Of a stretch of DNA of 64,000 nucleotides, positions 29,271 through 39,072 are shown piece after piece (within the stretch, counting starts at the first letter, position 1; every line of letters begins with the position of its first letter). This stretch comes from Gemmatimonadota bacterium (GTDB taxonomy: Bacteria; Gemmatimonadota; Gemmatimonadetes; Longimicrobiales; Gaopeijiaceae): NCBI GenBank assembly GCA_034521595.1, contig JAXHMG010000003.1, forward strand, positions 768,001 to 832,000. Reading direction: 5' to 3'. Below the pieces are notes generated by a model that worked only from the letters and a program-made list of their open reading frames with translations, made no database searches and was not told where the DNA came from. The position numbers and the translations under genes were made by a program.

Positions 29271-29966
29271 TCATCCGACGAGGTCCAGCCTCTCGGCGGT
29301 GTAGCCGAGCGCGGGAATCTCGACCCGGAGGACGCGTCCGAGGCGATCGTACCATACGATTCTCGTCTCCTCCGGGGCGTGGAGCTCGATGCGGCGAGCG
29401 GGGGTCGTGCGTCCGGCGAGTTGGATCTCGTCCTCGGTTCGGCGCTCAACGGAGAATGTTATCTGGGACCGCGTCCGGGGCTCGATCACGTGGACCTTCT
29501 CGCCCTCGCGCACATCCCGCAGGAAGTAGTAGTGGTGGGCCACGTCCCGGTCGAGGACGCGAGTTCCCTCGTGGGCCGCGAACTCCCGCTCCTCGTCGCC
29601 CCGAGGCGAACGCGCTACCGCCACGTAGCGCCGCCCGACCAGGGTCATCTGGAAGTCGAGGGAGTCCCGCCCGGTCACCTTCACCTGATAGCTGGCGGCC
29701 ACGCCCTCGGGCGGGGAAGCTCGGAGCAGGGGCCTGATCTCCTGACGGTCGACCGAGCTGCCTCTAGTGATGACTCCGGTGGCGAAGAACGCGTCTTCCC
29801 GACCGATCCCGGCCCGCCGGATGGAGAACTCCTCGGAGCCGACCTCTCGCCCGGCCACGCTCACCTGGAAGCGCCCCTCGTCGACTACGATGCCTTGCGC
29901 TCGGGTGTGGGTCGCCAAAACGAGCGTGGCGACGAGCAAGCAGAGACTACCGCATAGGGTGCGCAT
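29271..29966 (-). CDS. Hypothetical exported beta-rich protein
   Basis: Signal peptide ending TRA-Q; alternating beta-strand pattern; co-oriented with the efflux cluster. Confidence 0.65.
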   Translation of the reverse strand: MRTLCGSLCLLVATLVLATHTRAQGIVVDEGRFQVSVAGREVGSEEFSIRRAGIGREDAFFATGVITRGSSVDRQEIRPLLRASPPEGVAASYQVKVTGRDSLDFQMTLVGRRYVAVARSPRGDEEREFAAHEGTRVLDRDVAHHYYFLRDVREGEKVHVIEPRTRSQITFSVERRTEDEIQLAGRTTPARRIELHAPEETRIVWYDRLGRVLRVEIPALGYTAERLDLVG

Positions 29967-30050
29967 GACCCGCCGTTACCCCGTATCCGTGTCCATGGGT
30001 CCGGTCCGTCGGCATGGTGCCTCGAGCCGTCGCTCGAAGGCCACACCCGA

Positions 30051-30776
30051 TCAATCCGGAGAGGTCGGCGGGCGCTCCATGGCCGCGCTCAGCGCTGAGA
30101 CATATCGTTGGAAGATGGCCGCACCCTTGTTGGCTTCGCCCCTGCTCGGAGCACCCAGTGTGCCACCCGACTCGAGCGGGGGTGTCGGTGCCCGCCGGCG
30201 CGTGTATCTTCGGAGCGCTTGGTCGGTGGGGCGGAAGTCCGCGATCCGGTCGGTGTGGACGAGGTGGGGAGCGAGATGCAGCATGAGCGAGGTTTCGAGC
30301 TCACCCGCGTGCTCTACCCCGGGATCGCCGTCGAGGAGGTCCGACACGTCGACGCGATACAGGTCGTACACGGCGCTCACCGCAGTGCTCGTCAGCGCCA
30401 TGAGCAGTGCCTCGAGGTGAGGCTCGTACCGGTGGGCCGAGATGATGAGAAACTCGGCGATGCCGTGGTCCTCCCACAGGCCGAGAAGCTCGTTGATGGC
30501 ACGGTGAAGCGTCTTCCGCCGGAGGCCGACCGCTCCGGCGTACGGACCTCGGTCACCGATCGCTCCGTAGGAGAAGCACGGCGCACGCAGAATGCCGACT
30601 CGTTCGGAGAGGGCGCGGGCGACGTGTACCGCGATGTGACTGTTCGTCCCCAGTGGGAGGTGAGGCCCGTGTTGCTCCAAAGCGCCCACGGGGAGAATGA
30701 GTCGAGGGTCCCGGTCGATCGCATCTCGAATGTCGGGCCACGTGAGCTCGTCGAGCGCCCATGATGTTGCCGTCAC
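30051..30776 (-). CDS. Creatininase/MftE-family amidohydrolase with divergent active site
   Basis: LTWPD, LPVGALEQHGPHLPLGT, HAGELETS; GAGGGGAG Shine-Dalgarno before GTG. Confidence 0.82.
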   Translation of the reverse strand: MTATSWALDELTWPDIRDAIDRDPRLILPVGALEQHGPHLPLGTNSHIAVHVARALSERVGILRAPCFSYGAIGDRGPYAGAVGLRRKTLHRAINELLGLWEDHGIAEFLIISAHRYEPHLEALLMALTSTAVSAVYDLYRVDVSDLLDGDPGVEHAGELETSLMLHLAPHLVHTDRIADFRPTDQALRRYTRRRAPTPPLESGGTLGAPSRGEANKGAAIFQRYVSALSAAMERPPTSPD

Positions 30777-33700
30777 CGTCGCAGCTCCCCTCTCGTTGGG
30801 TATCGGTCGCTTCGTGGCTCGGTCCTTGGCTCGCCACGGGTCTGCTTTCCATCTGGATTTCTTCTCCCACCCCGTGGCTTCTCGTGTCGGCCGCCCTCGC
30901 GATCGGCCCCGCCCTCTTCCGAGTCCGACGGACTGCGAAATACGGGCGGTCCGCGGCGCTCACGATTCTGGTGCTCACCGTCGTGACCGGATTCGTGGCG
31001 CACCACCGGGTCGACGGTCTGCTGAGCGGTTGGGACGCGTACTGGACGGAGCGTGAAGCACGGGTGGGTGAGGTTCTCGTGGAGCGGCTCGAGCAGCGCC
31101 AGACGCAAGCCGAGACGGCAGCCGACGCCCTCGCGGACAAGGCGATCGATCCGACCGACCAAGTCGACATCGAATTCGTGCGCAGGCTCCGAGCGCGGCA
31201 TCAGATCTCGGCCCTCGCCCTCTACGACGCCGAAGGTGGGCTCATACTCTGGGATGGCACCCACTGGGGCAAGGTCCCCGAGAGCGTTCAAGGTGGCTTC
31301 CTTCGGCATACGTACTACGACCGGCCCCTTTTCGGTTATCTGTACGTCACGGCCCTCACGGAGGATGGCAGGGTGGCCATGGCGGCCGATCTCCTCCGTG
31401 CCGATCTCCCCGAAGTGCTCGAGGCCGGGGTCGAAGACTTCGCCAGCCGCTTCCACTCCGAGCTCGGGGAGGAAGTCCGGGTCACGCAATACGATCCGGG
31501 TGCCAGGGAAGGCGTGTGGGACCTGGCGCTTCCGGACCGTAGGCTCATGAGCGTGGTGGTGGACCGTCCGGAACCCGAGCTGCGGGCCGCGGAGGTCATG
31601 GACCGATGGCGGAGCCGTATGGCCGCTTTGGTCCTGGTCTCTTGGGGTCTCCTCGCGATGGCGGCTCCTCCGCGCCGCCTCGTGGCGGGCGTTGGCGCTG
31701 TCGTTCTCCTCGCGATGGCCGCCGTGCTTCCCGTGGATGCCTTACCGGAAATGGAGCGTCTGTTCCGGGTCACGCTCTTCACGATGCCGGGCGGTCTCTC
31801 GCTGTCGCTGGGGCGGTGGGTGCTCGTGGCTCTCGCTTCGTGCACCGTGATGGCGGTCGTGCGGTTGCCCCGACGCAAACCGACGGCGTGGCTTTCCGGA
31901 CTCGTGGGTGGATTGGTCTACGCTGGCTTGCTCGCTTGGACGCGGACGGGAGGTGCTCCGTCATTCTTGGCGGAGGGGCGGCTCGAGTGGATCACGTACG
32001 AAGTCGGGTTGGCAACCACGCTCGCGATCGTCACGGGAGCGTTGTTGACGACGAGTAGGGCGCGTGCGCCCGCCCGGTGGCATGCTCCGGCGGCGGGCGT
32101 GGTCGCGGCCGGCTTGGGGGTGGGGGCCGCGGTGTGGGTCTGGCTGGCGGTGGAACCACCGCTCTGGTGGTGGCTCCTTTGGGGGCTGCCGTTCGGGCTG
32201 GCGGCCACGGGAGTGCAAGCGTACGATGGCTGGCGCCGAACCGGCGCGATCGGCGTCCTCGCGGCCGTAATGGCCGGCTCGGCGTCCATCCCGGCGACGT
32301 GGGGCGCGGAAGTACGGGGAGAGATGGACGCGGCGATCGATCGGCTGGAGGGGCTGACCTCTCGTGACGATCCGGTCCTCGCCGGAGGGTTGCTCCGGTT
32401 GGCGGCCGCGGCCGATTCCCTGGATCGGGCCGGTCGGGAGGGCGTCGACGTTCTCTACCATGCCTGGAGGGCCAGTGGGCTGGCGGGAGAGGGCCGGCCG
32501 GTGCGGTTGACACGATGGCACCCCGACGGCTTCCGGGGGGTGGAGCTGAGGGTGGGGGCGGAGCGGGTCCTCCCCGGGGTCTTGCCGACCCTGTTGGCGG
32601 AGCAGCGTGAGAGTACCGACCCGAGATTGCTCCGCCTCAACCGGGACGACGCACGATACGTCTTGACCGTGCCGCTTTCGGACGGAGGCGTGCTCTCGGT
32701 GGTCGCGCCTCCGTTTTCGGAGCGCACACGGCCCTCTCCGCTCGACCCCTTCGTACGCAGGTCGGATCGAAGTCCGAGCGACGCGATGACCTTAATCCCG
32801 CTGCTTCCGGGTGATGCGCGCGACGATGACGAGCTTCGGTGGGCGCGCGAAGGAACCGAGTGGCGGGCCGAGGTCAGCGTGCGCTTCGCCAACGACCGTG
32901 CGTACCACGCCCATCACGCGGTGGTTCTCCCCGGTCCTTTGCAGGCCCTCGCCAGGGGGACGCTCCTGCTCGCGCTCAACGTCGTGCTCGCGGGCGGGTT
33001 CTGGCTTCTGGGACGAAGCTTGCTCTCGGGTGATCCGCTCGGCGTGGTTCATCTGCGTGGCCTCACGATCTCTTTTCGGGCGCGGGTGACCTGGGCACTC
33101 TTCGGTTTCTTCGCGCTGGCCAATGCCCTCTTCGGGACGGTGGCGTACCGGACCCTGTCTCAGGCGTCGTACCGGTCCGCCGAGGTGATCGCTGAACGGG
33201 TCGTGGACGACGCCGCCGTTTGGTATCGTGCGCTGTCGGGTGGGGTGGACCGTCTGGCCCGCCAGGTCGGGGCCGATTTGGTCGTGTACCGTGAGGGCGA
33301 GCTGGACGAAGGGTCCGTGGACGAGCTGATCGAATTGGGCCTCTACGACGGTTGGACTCCGTTCGGTGTGCACCAGACGATCGATGGCATGGAAGGCGTG
33401 AAGCGCTTCACGCAGACGCAGCTGGGACGCTGGGAGTACGTGACCGCGTTTCGGCGGCTCCCCGACGGAGACATCCTCGCCGCCCAGGTCCCCCTGCAGG
33501 CGGGGACGGCCGCGATCCAAGCGAGCGAACTCGTCGAGCTTCTCGCCTTTTTCGTGCTCCTCGGCGCTGCCCTTTCGCTCGGACTCGCGATGCTCGCGGG
33601 CCGCGCGCTCACGAGGCCGATCCGGGCCCTCCAGGTCGCGTCGGAACGGGTGGGGTCCGGGAACCTCGACCTCAGGCTCCCGGAGGAACGGACCGACGAG

Positions 33701-34828
33701 TTCGGGGCGGTCTTTCGAGCGTTCAACCGGATGGTGGGCCGGGTTCGCCGGGCGCGCCGGCAGCTGCTCCGGACGTCACGACGCACCCAACTCATCATGG
33801 ACGAAGCCGCGGTCGGTATGCTCGCGGTCGATCCCGGAGGACGGATCACGCTCGTGAATCCGCGGGCGCGTGAGCTGCTCGGCGAAGCCGTGGTCGTGGG
33901 GGAGGTTCTGCGAAGTGAGGGAACGTTCGCCAAGGAGCTCGGAGAATGGTTGGATGGTTATCTCGAGCACGATGCCGAGAGGGCGGACCACGAGCTTCAG
34001 TCGGGAGCGCGTCGCATCCGCGTCCGCGCCCGGCGCTTGGGGCCGCCCGGGTCACGTCGGGGTGCGGTAGTCGCCATGGACGACGTGACAGACGAGCTCA
34101 GGGCGGAACGCGTCCTCGCATGGGGGGAGATGGCGCGGCAGGTGGCGCATGAGGTCAAGAACCCGCTCACCCCCATCAAGCTGAGTGTGCAGCACATCCG
34201 CCGGGCGTGGGAAGACGGACGCTCGGACTTCGAGACGATCCTACTACGAAACGCCACGGCCATGCTCGCCGAGATCGACCGGCTTGCCGAGATCGCTCAG
34301 AGCTTCTCGCGCTTCGGAGCCCCTGCAGAGGCGGGAGTTCCGCTCGGACCCGTGTCGGTTGCCGACTCGGTGAGGGACGTCCTCGCGCTTTACGGGAGCT
34401 CGGTCGCCTCGGTTCGTTTCACTCGTTCGGTCCCGTCCGACCTTCCGCCGGTCGTCGCCCGAACGGCCGAGCTGAAGGAGGTGCTCGTGAACCTGCTCGA
34501 GAACGCACGTCTTGCGAGTGGGGAAGGGGACGAGGTGCAGGTCCGTGCGTATCGGGACGAGCAAGGGGACGGAGCCGTGGTGCTCGAGATCGTGGACGAG
34601 GGAGCCGGCATCGGCGAGGAGGTCTTGCCGCGCATCTTCGAGCCACAGTTCAGCACACGCTCGACGGGTGCGGGGCTCGGTCTCGCCATCGTGCAGCGTC
34701 TGGTGCGGAGTTGGGGGGCGGAGATCTCCGTCGAAAGCCGAGAAGGCGCCGGAACGGCGGTTCGGGTCCGGCTCAGGCCGTGGGAAGGCGATGCCCCGGG
34801 GGGCTCCGGGCCGTACAGCCCGTGGTAG
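30761..34828 (+). CDS. Very large multi-TM sensor histidine kinase (HAMP-PAS-HisKA-HATPase, NtrY-like); start uncertain
   Basis: HAMP (LTRPIRAL...DEFG...FNRM), H-box AWGEMARQVAHEVKNPLTP, NLLENA, DEGAGI, FEPQFST, GAGLGL. Confidence 0.9.
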   Translation: MMLPSPSQLPSRWVSVASWLGPWLATGLLSIWISSPTPWLLVSAALAIGPALFRVRRTAKYGRSAALTILVLTVVTGFVAHHRVDGLLSGWDAYWTEREARVGEVLVERLEQRQTQAETAADALADKAIDPTDQVDIEFVRRLRARHQISALALYDAEGGLILWDGTHWGKVPESVQGGFLRHTYYDRPLFGYLYVTALTEDGRVAMAADLLRADLPEVLEAGVEDFASRFHSELGEEVRVTQYDPGAREGVWDLALPDRRLMSVVVDRPEPELRAAEVMDRWRSRMAALVLVSWGLLAMAAPPRRLVAGVGAVVLLAMAAVLPVDALPEMERLFRVTLFTMPGGLSLSLGRWVLVALASCTVMAVVRLPRRKPTAWLSGLVGGLVYAGLLAWTRTGGAPSFLAEGRLEWITYEVGLATTLAIVTGALLTTSRARAPARWHAPAAGVVAAGLGVGAAVWVWLAVEPPLWWWLLWGLPFGLAATGVQAYDGWRRTGAIGVLAAVMAGSASIPATWGAEVRGEMDAAIDRLEGLTSRDDPVLAGGLLRLAAAADSLDRAGREGVDVLYHAWRASGLAGEGRPVRLTRWHPDGFRGVELRVGAERVLPGVLPTLLAEQRESTDPRLLRLNRDDARYVLTVPLSDGGVLSVVAPPFSERTRPSPLDPFVRRSDRSPSDAMTLIPLLPGDARDDDELRWAREGTEWRAEVSVRFANDRAYHAHHAVVLPGPLQALARGTLLLALNVVLAGGFWLLGRSLLSGDPLGVVHLRGLTISFRARVTWALFGFFALANALFGTVAYRTLSQASYRSAEVIAERVVDDAAVWYRALSGGVDRLARQVGADLVVYREGELDEGSVDELIELGLYDGWTPFGVHQTIDGMEGVKRFTQTQLGRWEYVTAFRRLPDGDILAAQVPLQAGTAAIQASELVELLAFFVLLGAALSLGLAMLAGRALTRPIRALQVASERVGSGNLDLRLPEERTDEFGAVFRAFNRMVGRVRRARRQLLRTSRRTQLIMDEAAVGMLAVDPGGRITLVNPRARELLGEAVVVGEVLRSEGTFAKELGEWLDGYLEHDAERADHELQSGARRIRVRARRLGPPGSRRGAVVAMDDVTDELRAERVLAWGEMARQVAHEVKNPLTPIKLSVQHIRRAWEDGRSDFETILLRNATAMLAEIDRLAEIAQSFSRFGAPAEAGVPLGPVSVADSVRDVLALYGSSVASVRFTRSVPSDLPPVVARTAELKEVLVNLLENARLASGEGDEVQVRAYRDEQGDGAVVLEIVDEGAGIGEEVLPRIFEPQFSTRSTGAGLGLAIVQRLVRSWGAEISVESREGAGTAVRVRLRPWEGDAPGGSGPYSPW

Positions 34829-35214
34829 AAGTCTGGTGGGCCGCGCACGAGGGTCTTGCGGATATCGTACAAGGAAGAGCGACGAATGCGATGCCAAGCA
34901 TCGGGAGGAGCTATGACGCCGTACGCGCACCCTCGTGCCCTCGGTCGGCGGCACGGCCATCTCCGTGGCCACTCCTCGACGTAGCTCAGGGCTATGCCTT
35001 CGTCGTGTCGCCTAGGGTCTGGGGCCGTGGCGCTCCCAATGCGGCCCACGACTTCACCACGGGCTGGTAACGTCGGTAGAGGGATCGGGGATTCTCGGCA
35101 CGGGCGGCGGCCGTGTCCTCGTCGCCCCCTCCGGCGGCTTCCCTGGTCCCGCGAAGCGAACACGGTCATCTTATACACCATTCAGGCAGCGCGAGGGTCA
35201 CCTAAATTCAGCAG

Positions 35215-35865
35215 ATGCCCTATTCGACGTCGACGAACGACTCGGTGAGTGACGCTGCGCGAGGCACCCGCCAGGTGCCTGCGAGCGCTGAGGAACGTCT
35301 CGCCCCGGAAGATCTGGCGGCGTGGTTGGACGAGCGGGCCGAGTCACTGGCGGAACGGTGGACCGACGCGATCCGGGACCAGAGATCGGGTCCGCGCGGC
35401 CCGATGGACCGAGTGATCGGAGATTTCACGCTGCGACTCGTTCGCTTCCTTCCGTGGATGCTGGGTCCGTACCGAGAGATGACCGAGCCCCTGTGGATCC
35501 GCGCTTCCGAGCTCTTCGGATCCGTCGCGGCGCGCCGCGGGTTGGCGGCTGGCGAGGTCATCGAGGAGTTTCAGATCCTACGCGAGCTCGTGATTCGGGA
35601 CCTGTACCGAGACCCGCCCTTGGATGGGACGTTGCCCCTCGCGCTCCGCGAGATCCTCCGCTTGAACCGCGGGATCGACCGTGGGATCACCCACGCGAGC
35701 GTGGGCCACACGGACGCGATGTTTTTCGAGTTCTTCGAGACGGATCGGGAGGTCGACCGAAATCCTGACGCGTTGGCGCGAGAGGTCCTCGACCAGCTCG
35801 GGATGATCTCGGACGAAGCGGAGCAGATCCTCGAGCACGCTCGAGCTATGGAGTCCGCCAACTGA
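35215..35865 (+). CDS. Hypothetical all-alpha protein, RsbRD_N-like (start uncertain)
   Basis: LAERW, FGSVAARRGLAAGEVIEEFQILRE pattern reminiscent of RsbRD N-terminal domains; 2 nt upstream of the decarboxylase. Confidence 0.55.
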   Translation: MPYSTSTNDSVSDAARGTRQVPASAEERLAPEDLAAWLDERAESLAERWTDAIRDQRSGPRGPMDRVIGDFTLRLVRFLPWMLGPYREMTEPLWIRASELFGSVAARRGLAAGEVIEEFQILRELVIRDLYRDPPLDGTLPLALREILRLNRGIDRGITHASVGHTDAMFFEFFETDREVDRNPDALAREVLDQLGMISDEAEQILEHARAMESAN

Positions 35866-35867
35866 GC

Positions 35868-37316
35868 GTGCACGCCGACGGTCGGGACGAGCACGGGGAC
35901 CTGCCGGTCGCCGAATTGCGTCGGTTCGCCCACGAAGTGGCGGACTGGATCGCGGACTACCTCGATACGGTCGAAGGCCTACCCGTCCTTTCCGCCGTCG
36001 AGCCCGGGGAGATCCGGGCTCGCTTGCCGGATTCGCCCCCGGAAGTCGGCGAGTCGATGGAGGACGCGCTTCGGGACTTCCGGGAGATCGTGTTGCCCGG
36101 GATCACCCATTGGAATCATCCGGGGTTCTTCGGCTACTTCGCGATCACGGGCTCCGGACCGGGGATCCTCGGTGAGATGCTCACGGCCGCGCTCAATGTG
36201 AACGCCATGGTGTGGCGCAGCTCGCCCGCCGCGACCGAGCTCGAAGAAGTCGTGGCCGACTGGCTGCGTCAGTGGTTGGGATTGCCCGCTGTCTTCGACG
36301 GCGTGATCAACGACACCGCGTCTTCGTCCACCCTTCACGCTCTGGCCGCCGCAAGGGAGGTGGCATATCCGGAAGTGCGGGAGCACGGCTTGTTCGGCCT
36401 TCCGAGAGGGCGGATCTACGCATCTGACCAAGCACATTCGTCGGTGGAGAAGGCGGTGCTCACGCTCGGCTTCGGCCGCGAGGGTTTCGCGGCCGTTCCC
36501 GCCGATTCGGAATTCCGCATGGACGCCGAGGCGCTTCGAGAGCGGGTCCTGCGAGACGTGGACGAAGGGGTGCGTCCGGTGGCGATCGTGGCGACCCTCG
36601 GCACTACCTCGACGTCGTCGATCGATCCCATCCGTCCCATCGCCGAGATCGCTGAGGAGCACGGGATCTGGCTCCACGTCGATGCCGCGTACGGTGGCCC
36701 CGCCGCGATCGTGCCCGAGCTCCGACCCATGTTCGACGGCTGGGAACGGGCGGACTCGATCGTCGTGAACCCGCACAAATGGCTTTTCACTCCCGTCGAC
36801 TGTTCGCTCCTGTATTGCAGGCGTTCCGCCGATCTGGTGCGCGCGTTCTCGATCGTTCCCGAGTACCTGCGTTCCGATACCGTCGACGAAGTGCGGAATC
36901 TCATGGACTACGGGGTCGCGCTCGGCCGGCGCTTTCGTGCTCTCAAGCTCTGGTTCGTGCTCCGCCATTTCGGATGGAACGGAGTCGTGGCGCGCCTACG
37001 CGAGCACGTCGCGCTCGCACGGGACTTCGCTGCCTGGGTGGACGAAGCTCCCGGGTGGGAACGGATGGCTCCGGTCCCGCTTTCCACGGTGACGTTTCGA
37101 CGCGTGGAAGCCGGGTTGGACGGGCCACGACTGGACGCCCTCAATCACCGGATACTGGACCACGTGAACGCGTCGGGGCGTGCCTTCCTGACGCACACGG
37201 CGCTCGACGGCAGGGTCGCGCTTCGCCTCTCCATCGGTAATCTGCGCACGCACGCCGAGCACGTCGAACGGGTGCAGTGGCTTCTGCACGAGGCAGCGGC
37301 CGCGCAGACGGCGTGA
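35868..37316 (+). CDS. PLP-dependent group II decarboxylase, aromatic-L-amino-acid decarboxylase-like
   Basis: PGITHWNHPGFFGYF, SPAATELE, QAHSSVEKA, HVDAAY, NPHKW (PLP lysine), LGRRFRALKLWF. Confidence 0.9.
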   Translation: MHADGRDEHGDLPVAELRRFAHEVADWIADYLDTVEGLPVLSAVEPGEIRARLPDSPPEVGESMEDALRDFREIVLPGITHWNHPGFFGYFAITGSGPGILGEMLTAALNVNAMVWRSSPAATELEEVVADWLRQWLGLPAVFDGVINDTASSSTLHALAAAREVAYPEVREHGLFGLPRGRIYASDQAHSSVEKAVLTLGFGREGFAAVPADSEFRMDAEALRERVLRDVDEGVRPVAIVATLGTTSTSSIDPIRPIAEIAEEHGIWLHVDAAYGGPAAIVPELRPMFDGWERADSIVVNPHKWLFTPVDCSLLYCRRSADLVRAFSIVPEYLRSDTVDEVRNLMDYGVALGRRFRALKLWFVLRHFGWNGVVARLREHVALARDFAAWVDEAPGWERMAPVPLSTVTFRRVEAGLDGPRLDALNHRILDHVNASGRAFLTHTALDGRVALRLSIGNLRTHAEHVERVQWLLHEAAAAQTA

Positions 37317-37328
37317 GGTGTCCGCGCT

Positions 37329-38711
37329 TCACCCGAGCTCCCGAATCTCCCGCACCAAATCACCCATCGACGCCTTCGCGTCGCCGAAGAACATGAGGGT
37401 GTTCTCCATATAAAAGAGGTCGTTGTCGATGCCGGCGAATCCGGGTGACAAGCTTCGCTTCATGACGATCACCCGACGAGCTTCGTCCACGTTCAAGATG
37501 GGCATGCCCGCGATGATGGAGCCGGGGTCTCGCGCGGCCGGATTCACGACGTCGTTGGCGCCCACGACCAGGACTGCGTCCGTCGTGGCGAAGTCGGAGT
37601 TGATCTCGTCGAGGTCGAATAGCCGGTCGTAGCTGACGTCGGCTTCCGCGAGCAGCACGTTCATGTGCCCCGGCATTCGGCCGGCGACGGGATGGATCGC
37701 GTACTTCACGTCCACGCCCCGTTCTCCGAGCAGATCTCCGACCTTGCGGAGCTCGTGTTGGGCTTGGGCGACCGCCAGGCCGTAACCCGGGACGATGACG
37801 ACCGAGTGCACGTACCCGAGCTCCGCGGCCACCATCTCGGCGTCGGCGCTGCTGACCGGCCGCTCCCCGGCCTGAACGGCGGTCCCGGTGGCTCCCCCGC
37901 CGAACGCTCCGAAGGCCACATTGGCGAGGGACCGGTTCATGCCCTTGCACATCAACTGCGTGAGGATCAGCCCGGCGGCACCCACCAGGGCGCCGGAGAT
38001 GATCAGCACCATGTTGCCGATCACGAATCCGGCCGCGCTCGCCGCCAGCCCCGAATAGGAGTTCAGCAGCGAGATCACCACCGGCATGTCCGCGCCCCCG
38101 ATCGGGATCACGAGGAGTATCCCGAGCAACGCGGCGAGGCCACAGAAGATGTAGAACGAGGTAACGGGATCTCCGGCACCCGCGAGGGTCATCCACGCGA
38201 GGACGATCAACGCCAGGAACAGGAGCAAGTTGAGGATGTTCAGACCGGGGAAGGAGATCGGATTCCCGGTCACCAGCCCCTGGAGCTTCCCGAAGGCGAC
38301 GAGGGAGCCCGTCAGGGTCACGCCACCGATCAGGGTCCCCAGCAGGATCGTGACTCCCGTCGTCCCAGGGCCGATGGCGGGGTTGGACAGGAACTCCGCC
38401 ACGGCCACGACGGCGGAGGCGCCACCCCCGGATCCGTTGAAGAGCCCGACCAGCTGAGGCATCGAGGTCATCTCCACGGTGCGTGCGGCGATGCCTCCGA
38501 CCACACCCCCGATGGCGAGGCCGATCAGGATGCCCGACCACGAGAGGATCTCGGCGTCGACTACGGTGGCCAGGATCGCCAGCAGCATCGCGAGCGCGGC
38601 GAGCCCGTTCCCGACCCGGGCGGTCGCGGGCGACTGGAGCCGCTTGAGCCCGAGGACGAAGAGGATCGCCGACAGGAGGTACGTCAGCTCGACGAGAATC
38701 TCGGCGTTCAT
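37329..38711 (-). CDS. pntB: NAD(P) transhydrogenase beta subunit
   Basis: GGADMPVVISLLNSYSG, PGYGLAVAQAQ, HPVAGRMPGHMNVLLAEA, GANDVVNP. Confidence 0.96.
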   Translation of the reverse strand: MNAEILVELTYLLSAILFVLGLKRLQSPATARVGNGLAALAMLLAILATVVDAEILSWSGILIGLAIGGVVGGIAARTVEMTSMPQLVGLFNGSGGGASAVVAVAEFLSNPAIGPGTTGVTILLGTLIGGVTLTGSLVAFGKLQGLVTGNPISFPGLNILNLLLFLALIVLAWMTLAGAGDPVTSFYIFCGLAALLGILLVIPIGGADMPVVISLLNSYSGLAASAAGFVIGNMVLIISGALVGAAGLILTQLMCKGMNRSLANVAFGAFGGGATGTAVQAGERPVSSADAEMVAAELGYVHSVVIVPGYGLAVAQAQHELRKVGDLLGERGVDVKYAIHPVAGRMPGHMNVLLAEADVSYDRLFDLDEINSDFATTDAVLVVGANDVVNPAARDPGSIIAGMPILNVDEARRVIVMKRSLSPGFAGIDNDLFYMENTLMFFGDAKASMGDLVREIRELG

Positions 38712-38715
38712 GGGC

Positions 38716-38994
38716 TCACCTCTTCCGGAACATGCCGAGCATGCGGTCGGTCACCAAGAAGCCGCCGACCACGTTGATCGTGGCCATGGCGATGGCGAGG
38801 ACGCCCAAGACCGTGCGGGTCGTGCCTTCCGCGGAGCCCGCGACGACGATCGCGCCCACGATGGCGATGCCCGAGATCGCGTTCGCACCGGACATCAGCG
38901 GAGTGTGGAGCGTGGGGGGAACCTTGGTGATGACTTCCCGGCCGGCGAGGGTCGCCAACACGAACACGTAGAGACCGATCATCAACTCGCCCAT
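38716..38994 (-). CDS. pntAB: NAD(P) transhydrogenase alpha subunit part 2 (membrane)
   Basis: VPPTLHTPLMSGANAISG, NVVGGFLVTDRMLGMF. Confidence 0.94.
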   Translation of the reverse strand: MGELMIGLYVFVLATLAGREVITKVPPTLHTPLMSGANAISGIAIVGAIVVAGSAEGTTRTVLGVLAIAMATINVVGGFLVTDRMLGMFRKR

Positions 38995-39072
38995 CGATGC
39001 TCCTTACCTGTGAGTCGTCCGCATACCGTCCCGCCCTTGTTCGGGTGGCGGGGCCCTTCGCTCGTTTATCCG

